A stretch of 64,000 bases of DNA from Flavonifractor porci (GTDB taxonomy: Bacteria > Bacillota > Clostridia > Oscillospirales > Oscillospiraceae). Positions 52,771-61,629 of the stretch are shown here, one piece after another; position 1 is the first letter of the stretch, and each line of letters begins with the position of its first letter. Both the position numbers and the translations under genes were made by a program. The notes beneath the pieces are model-generated. The model was not told where the DNA came from. It did not search any database and was given only the letters and a program-made list of their open reading frames with translations. The stretch lies in assembly GCF_037572415.1 (NCBI RefSeq), contig NZ_JBBHLB010000005.1, positions 150,050 through 214,049 on the forward strand, read 5' to 3'.

Positions 52771-54552
52771 ATGTTTGGCAAGGGGAGAATTTACTTGAAA
52801 CCGCCCATCAAACTGGAGCGCAAATTCCTGATGATTATATTGCTGGCTTTCGCCCTCATATTTGCCGGAATTTTTATGGTATTTCGTGTTTTCCACCAAT
52901 ACGAAAATATGATGATCCAAAACGAAGACCGGCAGCTTTTGGGGTTGTCCCGCTCGGTGGACCGCAGTATCACCAGCTATATTCAGCAATTTTCCCGGGA
53001 TCTGAAGCACACGCTGCAGCGCGACGGACTGGAAGAGGCGGAGACTGCTTATCGGAACACTGGAAGCATGGAAGAAATTGCTTTGCAAATCGAGGCAACC
53101 ATCCTTTCAGAGCATCCCTTGACATACGACATCCTGTGTATCGACAACGGAACCATTCTTTACTCCTCCCGCGGAAAAACAGACTATGTGTTTCCGCCAA
53201 ATGCCGGTCTGGAGGGAGACGTCGATATCCGCCCCTGCGTCGATGCGTCAGGAACGATCTACCTCTCCTTCCAGAAAAGCATCCAAAGCGATCTGCGATA
53301 CGCCGTACTGATCGAGCTTACGGAATTTTATCAGGCTGTGGCGGGAAATCTGATCGTCGGTACCCAAGACCGTATTCTGCTTCTGGACGCAGGGGGACAC
53401 ACACTCTTATATCAAACGGAAGAAGGCCCCGCGGCCTCACTTGTCCAGAATGATCGGGAGGGCGTGATCGATCAGGACGAGTTAAATGCGCTTCTGAACT
53501 GCCAAAGCCGCGGGGAAGATGTATCTCTTTTCTACCAGGCTCAGACCAGCAAAGATGCAAAAGCTTATACGGCGCGCATGGCAGCCATTCCGGCCGCCGG
53601 AAACAATGGTGTGTTTGCAGTGGGGGCCTCCCTCAATTATGAAACCATCAAACGTCCCATCCATATGTCCGCCATACGGCTTGCCGCCTACAGCAGCATG
53701 ATCATACTCGGAATTTTACTGTTGGCTGGCTCCATCCTGCTGGTAGCCCGGCGCAATGCGCGGACCCAGCAGGAAGTGATCATGCTGCGGGAACAAAATC
53801 TCGCCCTGGAGGCGGTCACAAAAAAGTCCCAGGCTCTGGCCCACCATCAGCGGCTGGAGATCATTGGCACCCTGACCTCCAGCATTGCCCATGAATTCAA
53901 CAACCTTCTGACCCCCATTATGGGTTACTCCATTCTGGTTCTGGAAAAACTGCCGCCTGACGCCGAAGAGACCTATGACAATGTACTGGAAATTTACGAG
54001 GCTTCCAGAAAGGCAAAGACCATTATCTCCCGCCTCTCAGACCTCTCCCGCAAAAATACCCCCCTCACTTTTCAGTATGTCTCGCCGGATGATCTGGTGC
54101 TGCGTGTTCTGGAGATCGCCGCGCCGGCGAAACCGCCCAAGGTACAGGTCAGCAGCAAGCTTCAGTGCCGGCACCTCTGGGTGCACGGCAATGAGATCCA
54201 GCTGTCCCAAATGCTGCTCAACCTGATTTTGAACGCTTACCAGGCCATGGAGACAGACGGCGGGACCCTTACCGCCACAACTGAACAGGAGGATGACTGG
54301 ATCTGCTTCCATGTGGCCGATACAGGCCCGGGAATCGCCCCCTCGCTGCTGGAAACGATCTTTGAGCCCTTCTTTACCACCAAGGAACGAGGAAAAGGAA
54401 CCGGGCTGGGTCTGGCCATTGTGCAGCAGGTCGTAGAGGAACACCACGGTACTGTCTGCGTCCACAGCGAATTGGGACAGGGAACCACATTCACCGTTCG
54501 TCTGCCCCTCCCCGCCCAGGAGGATGGACACAGCCATAACAGCATATCATAA
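52771..54552 (+). CDS. sensor histidine kinase with a large extracytoplasmic sensor domain
   Basis: TM1 (FLMIILLAFALIFAGIFMVF), an approx. 250-aa loop and TM2. H-box SSIAHEFNNLLTPI. HATPase N/G boxes (LNLILNAYQAM, DTGPGI, GTGLGL). The start is ATG 52771 or TTG 52795. Confidence 0.9.
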   Translation: MFGKGRIYLKPPIKLERKFLMIILLAFALIFAGIFMVFRVFHQYENMMIQNEDRQLLGLSRSVDRSITSYIQQFSRDLKHTLQRDGLEEAETAYRNTGSMEEIALQIEATILSEHPLTYDILCIDNGTILYSSRGKTDYVFPPNAGLEGDVDIRPCVDASGTIYLSFQKSIQSDLRYAVLIELTEFYQAVAGNLIVGTQDRILLLDAGGHTLLYQTEEGPAASLVQNDREGVIDQDELNALLNCQSRGEDVSLFYQAQTSKDAKAYTARMAAIPAAGNNGVFAVGASLNYETIKRPIHMSAIRLAAYSSMIILGILLLAGSILLVARRNARTQQEVIMLREQNLALEAVTKKSQALAHHQRLEIIGTLTSSIAHEFNNLLTPIMGYSILVLEKLPPDAEETYDNVLEIYEASRKAKTIISRLSDLSRKNTPLTFQYVSPDDLVLRVLEIAAPAKPPKVQVSSKLQCRHLWVHGNEIQLSQMLLNLILNAYQAMETDGGTLTATTEQEDDWICFHVADTGPGIAPSLLETIFEPFFTTKERGKGTGLGLAIVQQVVEEHHGTVCVHSELGQGTTFTVRLPLPAQEDGHSHNSIS

Positions 54553-54554
54553 GC

Positions 54555-54597
54555 AAGAGGATGGATGTTTTTCCGTTGGGAAGCATCCATCCTCTTT
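54555..54597 (+). terminator. terminator hairpin after the histidine kinase gene
   Basis: AAGAGGATGGATG ... CATCCATCCTCTT, a 13-bp stem followed by a short T run. Confidence 0.65.
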
Positions 54598-54691
54598 CCT
54601 TAACAAATATTAAGGGTACAGTAATTCCCCATTAAGCAGGGATTGTTATAATTTTGACAAACTCATTCTTGTCACGAAGTGGAGCAGTCAG

Positions 54692-55177
54692 ATGATTATA
54701 ACGATCGCACGAAAGTACGGCAGCGGCGGCCGGGAGATCGGCCAGCGGCTGGCCAAACATCTGGATATTCCCTACTACAACGTGGACGCCCTGCCCCACA
54801 CACAAACCGGGGACTGGCGGGAAGAGATCCTTCTGCTGGCCGATACCGGTCCATGCGTCATGGTGGGTTTTTGCGCCGACCATGCACTGGCTGGGCGGGA
54901 AGGCCTCATGCGTATCTTTATCCACTGTGACATGGAGCATCGCCTCCAGCGGATCATGGCGGAGCATCACCTCTCCAGAGAACAGGCCCAGCGCGAGGCC
55001 CTCTATCAGGACCGGGAGCGGTCCCGGCTGTACGGATTCTACACCGGAGAAAAATGGGCCAATCTGGACCGGTACGATCTGACGGTCAACAGCAGCCTTT
55101 TGGGGACAGCCGGTACCGTGGAATTGCTGGGCCAGTTTGTGGCGCTGAATGTCATGCGTAAACGCAGAGGCCAGTGA
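54692..55177 (+). CDS. cytidylate kinase-like family protein (second, shorter paralog)
   Basis: ITIARKYGSGGREIGQRLAKHLDIPYYN N-terminus, similar to the protein at 44475-45068. Confidence 0.7.
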   Translation: MIITIARKYGSGGREIGQRLAKHLDIPYYNVDALPHTQTGDWREEILLLADTGPCVMVGFCADHALAGREGLMRIFIHCDMEHRLQRIMAEHHLSREQAQREALYQDRERSRLYGFYTGEKWANLDRYDLTVNSSLLGTAGTVELLGQFVALNVMRKRRGQ

Positions 55178-55326
55178 AATGAGAGAAACACGCAAAACAG
55201 TTCGACCGGCTCTGTGCCGGGATGATGTTCCGGCCGTATGCCTGGTTCCCATCGCCGCGGCCCACCAGACCGGTCAGGACCTGATCGCGGCGCAGCTGCC
55301 CTTGGTATCAAACATGGAGGTTTCCT

Positions 55327-55656
55327 ATGCTGGAGAATTTGATTGAAACCGCACTGCCCACCATCATCGCAATTCTGGAGATCATGGGCATCTTCGTAGT
55401 GGTCGTCTCGGCCACCGGCGCGTTTATCCGTTACCTGAAAGGGCTTATCACCCACTCCGGGTCAGACGTCAAGTTTGCCCTGGCCAACGGGCTGGCCATC
55501 AGTCTGGAATTCAAAATGGCCGCCGAGATCTTGAAAACCGTCCTGGTGCATGAGCTCAATGAGCTGATGGTATTGGGGGCGGTCATCCTTTTGCGTGCGC
55601 TGTTATCATTTCTCATTCACTTTGAAATGAAGCAGATACATCACACCGAATCATAA
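55327..55656 (+). CDS. DUF1622-like small membrane protein
   Basis: GGAGG RBS. 109 aa with 2-3 TMs. The ALANGLAISLEFKMAAEILKTV motif matches my recollection of DUF1622. Confidence 0.65.
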   Translation: MLENLIETALPTIIAILEIMGIFVVVVSATGAFIRYLKGLITHSGSDVKFALANGLAISLEFKMAAEILKTVLVHELNELMVLGAVILLRALLSFLIHFEMKQIHHTES

Positions 55657-55673
55657 TTCAGGAGGTACCACAA

Positions 55674-56747
55674 ATGAAGAAACTGCTTGCACTGATCCTG
55701 TCCGGTACGCTGACCATGGGCGCACTGTCCGCCTGCGGCAGCACGGCGGTGGTGGCTGTCCCCCAGCCTGAGGAATCTGCGCCCGCCGTCACCGAACCGG
55801 TTCCGGAACACACGCAAGGTACATCGGATGCCGCGGTCAAAACCGGCCTCTATCTGGGCACCAGCTTGTCCAGCAGCAAAAATGCCGCCGACGGCGAGGA
55901 TGGATACAGCCAGGCCAACGTCGAACTGGTGGCGGTCACTGTGACCGACGAAGGGGTCATCGACTCCTGCGTGATCGACTCCATCCAGGCAAAGGCCTCC
56001 TTTGACGCCACCGGAACCCTGACTGCCGACCTGACCGCCCAGGTGCCCTCCAAAAACGAGCTGGGCAGCAATTACGGTATGGGCCAGGTCAGTTCCATCG
56101 GCAAGGAGTGGAACGAACAGGTTCAGGCTCTGGCCGATTACGTAGAGGGCAAGACGGTGGAGGAGATCAAGGGCATCGCCGTGACCGAGGAGGGCAAGGC
56201 CTCCGACGCGGATCTGGCCGCCTCCGTTACCGTCTCCATCGCCGGCTATCTGGACGCCATTGAGCAGGCGGTTTCCAACGCCACTCATCTTGGCGCCATG
56301 CAGGGAGATCGTCTGGTTCTGACCACCTCCACCAACATTGCCAACAGCAAGAGCGCCACCGCTGAGGAGCCCGGCCAGGTCCAGACCTCCGCCACTGTGG
56401 CCGCCGTTACCCTGAGCGGCGACGTGATCACCAGCTGCTACATCGACGCTGTCCAGGCCAATGTGGACTTTGATGCTGCCGGCGTGATCACCACCGACCT
56501 GACCGCGGCGCCGCCCACCAAAAATGAGCTGGGCGACAACTACGGCATGGGCCAGATCAGCCCCATCGGCAAGGAATGGAATGAGCAGGTGGCTGCCTTC
56601 TGCGCGTATGTGACCGGCAAGACCCTGAACCAGGTGGCGGGGATCGCCGTGACCGAAAAGGGCGCTGCCGCCGACGCAGACCTGGCCGCCTCGGTCACCA
56701 TCGCCATCGGGGAGTTCCAGGCCCTGATTGCAAAAGCCGCCGCCTGA
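55674..56747 (+). CDS. lipoprotein with two tandem FMN_bind-like domains
   Basis: AGGAGG RBS. Lipobox (MGALSAC-GS). There is an internal duplication: aa approx. 80-205 and 225-357 both contain V.VT...G.I.SC.ID..QA...FDA.G....DLTA..P.KNELG.NYGMGQ.S.IGKEWNEQV...V.GKT......GIAVTE.G...DADLAASVT..I. Confidence 0.7.
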   Translation: MKKLLALILSGTLTMGALSACGSTAVVAVPQPEESAPAVTEPVPEHTQGTSDAAVKTGLYLGTSLSSSKNAADGEDGYSQANVELVAVTVTDEGVIDSCVIDSIQAKASFDATGTLTADLTAQVPSKNELGSNYGMGQVSSIGKEWNEQVQALADYVEGKTVEEIKGIAVTEEGKASDADLAASVTVSIAGYLDAIEQAVSNATHLGAMQGDRLVLTTSTNIANSKSATAEEPGQVQTSATVAAVTLSGDVITSCYIDAVQANVDFDAAGVITTDLTAAPPTKNELGDNYGMGQISPIGKEWNEQVAAFCAYVTGKTLNQVAGIAVTEKGAAADADLAASVTIAIGEFQALIAKAAA

Positions 56748-56801
56748 GTTTTTCTTCAGGCAGCAGCTTGATACCCCTGTCATTTGGAAAGTAGAGGTTA
56801 T

Positions 56802-57836
56802 ATGAAGCGAACGGCCACTTTGATCCTCCTGCTGGTTCTGCTCTGCGGGTGCGCAGCAGCCCCCGCAAAGTCTGACGACACTGGACTGAACCGCTATGAG
56901 GCCACATTTCTGACCCTGTTTGATACCGTCACCACCATCGTGGGATATGCCGAAACCGAGGAGGCCTTTACCGACACGGCCCAGGCCTTCCATGATGAAC
57001 TGCTGGAATATCATCAGCTCTATGACATTTACAACGAGTACGAGGGAATCAACAACATCAAGACCATCAACGATCACGGCTGGGAACACCCCATCAAGGT
57101 GGATCAGCGGATCATTGACCTGCTGTTGTTCAGCAAGGAGCTGTATACCCAGACAGAAGGCAGGGTCAACATCGCCATGGGCAGCGTACTCCGCCTGTGG
57201 CATGATGCCCGGGAAACCGGCATAGCCGACCCCAGCCGGGCGGCACTGCCGGACCAGGCTGCCCTGGAACAGGCCGCAGCCCACACGGATCTCGACAGCA
57301 TCCAGATCGACGTGGAAAAACGCACCGTTTTCCTGTCTGACCCGGAGGTCAAACTGGATGTTGGCGCCATTGCCAAAGGCTATGCGGTGGAGCAGGTCTG
57401 CCGGAACACCCCCTCTGGATTGCTCATCAGCGTGGGCGGAAATGTCTGTCCCACCGGCCCAAAGCCGGAAAGCGGCCATCCGTGGGTGGTGGGCATTCAG
57501 GCCCCGGAAGATCCGGATCAATATCTCCATACCATCTATGTGGAAGATGTCTCTGTGGTCACCAGCGGAGATTATCAGCGGTATTTTACCGTGGACGGCG
57601 TTCCATACCACCATATCATAGATCCTGACACCAACTATCCTGCCGGTCACTGGCGCTCGGTCACCATTCTGTGTCGGGATTCCGGTGTGGCGGACGCCCT
57701 CTCCACCGCCCTTTTTACCCTGCCCCAGAAGGCGGGACAGGCCCTGCTGGACGCCTTCCAGGCAGAGGCCATGTGGGTGCGTCAGGACGGAACCATCCTG
57801 TACAGCCCCGGATTTCAGGCGTATATCCGCGTATAG
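56802..57836 (+). CDS. apbE: FAD:protein FMN transferase (ApbE), lipoprotein
   Basis: MKRTATLILLLVLLCGC lipobox. ApbE motifs are present, including DVGAIAKGYA, SGDYQRYF and HHIIDPDTNYPA. Confidence 0.9.
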   Translation: MKRTATLILLLVLLCGCAAAPAKSDDTGLNRYEATFLTLFDTVTTIVGYAETEEAFTDTAQAFHDELLEYHQLYDIYNEYEGINNIKTINDHGWEHPIKVDQRIIDLLLFSKELYTQTEGRVNIAMGSVLRLWHDARETGIADPSRAALPDQAALEQAAAHTDLDSIQIDVEKRTVFLSDPEVKLDVGAIAKGYAVEQVCRNTPSGLLISVGGNVCPTGPKPESGHPWVVGIQAPEDPDQYLHTIYVEDVSVVTSGDYQRYFTVDGVPYHHIIDPDTNYPAGHWRSVTILCRDSGVADALSTALFTLPQKAGQALLDAFQAEAMWVRQDGTILYSPGFQAYIRV

Positions 57837-57867
57837 CCAAAGCGCTCATATCATCGAGGTGGAAAGA

Positions 57868-59175
57868 ATGAGAAAATTGTTTTGGGGTGGTATCCACCCA
57901 GAGGGACATAAAGCTCTCTCCCGGGGTGCATCCCCCATTCCCGCACCCCTGCCGGCGCAGGTCGTCCTGCCCATGGTCCAGCATATCGGCGCAGCCTGCA
58001 CCCCTGTGGTCAAAGTCGGCGATCAGGTCAAAATGGGACAAAAGATCGGCGACGGGGAAGGGATCTGCGCCCCCATCCATGCCTCTGTCTCAGGCAAAGT
58101 GGTGGCTGTGGAGCCCCGTCCCCACCCCGGCGGCAGCGAAGCGCTGTCCGTGGTGATCGAAAATGACTACACAGATACACCGGACGACACCTTAAAGCCC
58201 CATCTGGCCCACCATGACCTCTCCGGAGAAGAGATCCTCCGCATCATCCGGGATGCAGGCATCGTGGGCATGGGCGGCGCCGCATTCCCCACAGACGTGA
58301 AGGCCTTCTCCGCACTGGGCCAGGTGGACTATGTGATCATCAATGCCTGTGAGTGCGAGCCGTATATTACGGCGGACGATACCCTCATCTGTACTTATCC
58401 CGAGCAGGTGATCCGGGGAACGGAGACCCTGATTCATACCCTCACACCCAAGCATACGGTGATCGCCATTGAGGACAACAAGCAGGAGGCCATCCGCATT
58501 CTGAGGGACGCCCTGCCCAAGGACTCATCCATCGAATTGCGGGTACTGCCCACCCGCTACCCCCAGGGCGCCGAGAAGCAGCTGATCCAGGCCGTAACCA
58601 GCCGGCAGGTCCCTCCGGGCAAGCTGCCCGCCGCCGTGGGCTGCGCCGTGTTCAACGCAGCCACCGCTGCCGCCGTCTATCAGGCGGTATACGAGGGCAA
58701 GCCGGTCACCCGCCGCATTGTGACGGTCACCGGCGACGGAGCTGTGGCGCCCAAGAATATGATTTTCCGCATTGGTGCCACCTTCGGTCAGGCCATTGAC
58801 GCTGCCGGCGGCATGGCGGAGGACACCCAAAAAGTGCTGTCCGGCGGTCCTATGATGGGCCTTGCCCAAAAGGACCTGGCCGTGCCGGTTCTGAAGGGCA
58901 CCAACGCCATTCTGTGCCTGAAAGCCACAGTTCCCCAGACCAAAACCCAGACCTGCATCCGCTGCGCCAAGTGCGTGTCCGTTTGCCCCATGCACCTGCA
59001 GCCGCTGTACCTGTACCGCTTTGAACAGGCCGGGAACTGGAAGGAACTTGAGAAGCTGCATTTGACGGACTGTATCGAGTGCGGAAGCTGCAGCTACACC
59101 TGCCCGGCACAGCTCCCGCTGGTGGAGCGGTTCCGTGCGGGCAAACAGCAGCTGAAGGAGGCAAAGAAAGCATGA
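57868..59175 (+). CDS. rnfC: RnfC-like subunit (NADH/FMN-binding, 2x[4Fe-4S])
   Basis: GAGGTGG RBS. GGIHPEGHK...LPMVQHIGAACTPVVKVGDQV N-terminus, GMGGAAFPT, and two CxxCxxCxxxCP clusters (CIRCAKCVSVCP, CIECGSCSYTCP). Confidence 0.9.
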   Translation: MRKLFWGGIHPEGHKALSRGASPIPAPLPAQVVLPMVQHIGAACTPVVKVGDQVKMGQKIGDGEGICAPIHASVSGKVVAVEPRPHPGGSEALSVVIENDYTDTPDDTLKPHLAHHDLSGEEILRIIRDAGIVGMGGAAFPTDVKAFSALGQVDYVIINACECEPYITADDTLICTYPEQVIRGTETLIHTLTPKHTVIAIEDNKQEAIRILRDALPKDSSIELRVLPTRYPQGAEKQLIQAVTSRQVPPGKLPAAVGCAVFNAATAAAVYQAVYEGKPVTRRIVTVTGDGAVAPKNMIFRIGATFGQAIDAAGGMAEDTQKVLSGGPMMGLAQKDLAVPVLKGTNAILCLKATVPQTKTQTCIRCAKCVSVCPMHLQPLYLYRFEQAGNWKELEKLHLTDCIECGSCSYTCPAQLPLVERFRAGKQQLKEAKKA

Positions 59176-60146
59176 AACTGCTTGTAACATCCTCTCCCCA
59201 CATTCACAGCGGGTCCCGTACCAGCCGTCTGATGGGCGCGGTGCTGATCGCGCTGATTCCCGCCCTTGTGGCCGGTGTGTGGTTCTTTGGTATCAGAGCC
59301 CTGGTCCTTACCGCGGTCACTGTGCTGGCCTGCCTGCTCTCCGAGTGGCTCTACCGCATGGTCACCCGGCAGAGCAACACCCTGCCGGACCTGTCCGCAG
59401 CGGTGACCGGCGTTCTGCTGGCTATGACCCTCCCCGCCTCCGCCCCCTACTGGCTGGCGGCTCTGGGCGGTGTCTTTGCCATTGTGGTGGTCAAGGGGCT
59501 GATCGGCGGTCTGGGACAGAACATCTTTAACCCTGCCCTGGCTGCCCGGGCTTTCCTGGTCCTGTTCTGGCCCAGCTGGATGGTCCGCTATGCGGCGCCT
59601 GGTACCGCCCTGGACCCGCTGTCGGTCTCAGTGGACATCGTATCCTCCGCCACTCCTCTGCACCATATGCAGATGCCCGCGCTGCCTACGGAGTCCCTGC
59701 TGGATGTATTTCTGGGAAATATGGGCGGCTGTATCGGCGAGGTGTCCGCCCTGGCCCTGCTGCTGGGCGGCGGATACCTGCTGCTCCGTAAGGTGATCTC
59801 CTGGCGCATTCCGGCGGCCTACCTGGGCGCTGTGGCACTGCTTACCCTGATCTTCTCCAAAGGCCAGGATCCCGTCCTGTGGATGCTCTACAGCCTGATG
59901 GGCGGCGGCGTGCTGCTGGGCGCCTTCTTTATGGCCACGGACTATGCCACCTCCCCTGTTACCCCCAAGGGCCAGCTGATCTACGGCGTGGGATGCGGCG
60001 TACTCACCGTCTGCTTCCGCTGCTACGGACTTTTCCCGGAAGGGGTCACCTATGCCATCCTGCTGATGAACGCCTGTGCCTGGAGCCTGGACCGGCTCAC
60101 ACCCCCCAAGCGCTTTGGCACTGTGAAAGGAGGCGGCGTACAGTGA
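59172..60146 (+). CDS. rnfD: RnfD-like membrane subunit
   Basis: ATGA overlap with rnfC. SSPHIHS N-terminus. A flavinylation-type site DIVSSATPL. Polytopic, 324 aa. Confidence 0.9.
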   Translation: MKLLVTSSPHIHSGSRTSRLMGAVLIALIPALVAGVWFFGIRALVLTAVTVLACLLSEWLYRMVTRQSNTLPDLSAAVTGVLLAMTLPASAPYWLAALGGVFAIVVVKGLIGGLGQNIFNPALAARAFLVLFWPSWMVRYAAPGTALDPLSVSVDIVSSATPLHHMQMPALPTESLLDVFLGNMGGCIGEVSALALLLGGGYLLLRKVISWRIPAAYLGAVALLTLIFSKGQDPVLWMLYSLMGGGVLLGAFFMATDYATSPVTPKGQLIYGVGCGVLTVCFRCYGLFPEGVTYAILLMNACAWSLDRLTPPKRFGTVKGGGVQ

Positions 60147-60682
60147 ACATAAAACAGTTGATCCAGCCTGTGGCTGCCCTTCTCATCGCCGCCCTGGTTT
60201 TGTTCCTGGGCACCACCGTGCTCTCCCCCATTGCTCAGGAAAACAAGGAGCAGGAGCTGCAGTCCATCCTCTCCACCCTTCTGCCCGGCGCAGAGTCCTT
60301 TGTCCAGGAAGAGTACACCGGCGAGGACGAGGCTATCTCCGCGGTCTACAAGGCGGATAACGGCTATGTGATCGAAACGGTCACCGCCGGATATGCCGGC
60401 GATATCACCATGCTGGTAGGCGTCAATCTGGACGGCACCATTGCCGGTCTGGTGGTGCGGGATATGCAGGAGACCTACGGGCTTGGCATGGAGGCCCTCT
60501 CCGACGTATCCTTCCTGTCTCAGTTCCTCTGGAATGGCACCACCTTTACCGTAGGCGAAAATGTGGACGCCCTCACCGGCGCCACCGTTACCTCCAAGGG
60601 GGTGGCCAAGGCTGTTACCTCAGCCAGTGCCTTTGTAACCGGCGCGGATATTGGCTCCAGCGCCACCGAATGGGGAGGTTGA
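60143..60682 (+). CDS. rnfG: RnfG-like FMN-binding subunit
   Basis: GTGA overlap with rnfD and an AAGGAGG RBS. N-terminal TM. Canonical flavinylation motif VDALTGATVTSKGV. Confidence 0.9.
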   Translation: MNIKQLIQPVAALLIAALVLFLGTTVLSPIAQENKEQELQSILSTLLPGAESFVQEEYTGEDEAISAVYKADNGYVIETVTAGYAGDITMLVGVNLDGTIAGLVVRDMQETYGLGMEALSDVSFLSQFLWNGTTFTVGENVDALTGATVTSKGVAKAVTSASAFVTGADIGSSATEWGG

Positions 60683-60686
60683 TGTG

Positions 60687-61124
60687 ATGAAAAATACCTA
60701 TCGTCTGAATACCTTCCTGGCTTTGGTGGCAGGCCTGGTATTTCTGGGCTACCTGGCAGTGCAGGCCTATTCTCCCGCCGCCATTCTTCCTCAGCTGGAT
60801 CTGATGCTGGTCAGCGGGATCTCCCTGGTGGCCCTGATCCTGGAGTATTATTCCGGGAAGCCGGTGGAGCGTCGCAGCTGGCCTGTGACAGCGCTGCTCA
60901 GCGCACTGACGTTCGTTCTGCTGCCTCTGGCGGCGGGTCTGATGTCCGGTCAGGAGCTGCTCCGGTTTGCCCTGGTAAGCTGGGCTGCGTTTATGGTGCT
61001 GACCTTCCTGTTTACCGCCATCTGTCAGCGTCTGGCCTCCGGACCAGCAAGCAAGATCGCTCCCCTGCTCTCTGCCGGAGTCCTGTTCCTGGCGGTTCAG
61101 GGCTGCAGCAGCCTGTTCCTGTGA
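60687..61124 (+). CDS. hypothetical 4-TM membrane protein (last gene of the Rnf-like operon)
   Basis: ATG 4 nt after the rnfG stop. 145 aa with four hydrophobic segments. I see no resemblance to RnfA/RnfE (which have about 6 TMs and about 190 aa). Confidence 0.6.
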   Translation: MKNTYRLNTFLALVAGLVFLGYLAVQAYSPAAILPQLDLMLVSGISLVALILEYYSGKPVERRSWPVTALLSALTFVLLPLAAGLMSGQELLRFALVSWAAFMVLTFLFTAICQRLASGPASKIAPLLSAGVLFLAVQGCSSLFL

Positions 61125-61152
61125 CCCCGCAAGCTTCCTTGCCTTCACGTTT

Positions 61153-61196
61153 AAAAAGAGAAAGCCTTGAAACTGTAGTTTCAAGGCTTTCTCTTT
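61153..61196. terminator. strong bidirectional terminator ending the Rnf-like operon
   Basis: AAAAAGAGAAAGCCTTGAAACT-GT-AGTTTCAAGGCTTTCTCTTT. Confidence 0.9.
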
Positions 61197-61201
61197 CCGT
61201 T

Positions 61202-61615
61202 TTAATAAAACTTCTGCTCCGCTTGTCCGCCATTCCCTTTCTCTGCGGCCATTTGGTTGATTTCCTGCAGCGTATACTCCTTGCCAACACATTCCGTCAT
61301 CCCGCTGCTGCCGGCATCCTGCACCTTTATGTAAATGACTCCGTTTTTCTTGCCAGAAAGCTTTTTCAGCAGTCCGGTCGTCGTAAGCATCGTCTTGTTA
61401 AAGCCGGTTACATCAGGAACAGGGGAGCTGAGGATGCAGCCACACTGTTCACATTTGAACAGGTATAGATTCCCTTCCAACTTCATCTGCATTTTCTGAT
61501 CAATGCTCCAGTGGGGAACCGACGTTCCACACAGGGGACAAGTCTGAACATTGCGGTCAATAAATCCCTGAGGAACACTTCCCGCAAAGCCTTCCATCCT
61601 CTTAAACGCCATCAT
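61202..61615 (-). CDS. hypothetical zinc-ribbon protein
   Basis: 137 aa with CPLCG...CEQCGC (CxxC..CxxC) and then an unassigned C-terminal domain. Confidence 0.55.
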   Translation of the reverse strand: MMAFKRMEGFAGSVPQGFIDRNVQTCPLCGTSVPHWSIDQKMQMKLEGNLYLFKCEQCGCILSSPVPDVTGFNKTMLTTTGLLKKLSGKKNGVIYIKVQDAGSSGMTECVGKEYTLQEINQMAAEKGNGGQAEQKFY

Positions 61616-61629
61616 GAGTCCCCCTTATC

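Noticed and set aside
55149-55346. 65-aa ORF between the cytidylate-kinase-like and DUF1622-like genes
   Set aside because: It overlaps both neighbours and has no RBS or recognisable motif, so it is probably non-coding spacer.
55641-57650. 669-aa minus-strand ORF
   Set aside because: It is antisense to the lipoprotein and apbE genes. The composition is Gly/Ala/Asp-rich with no RBS.
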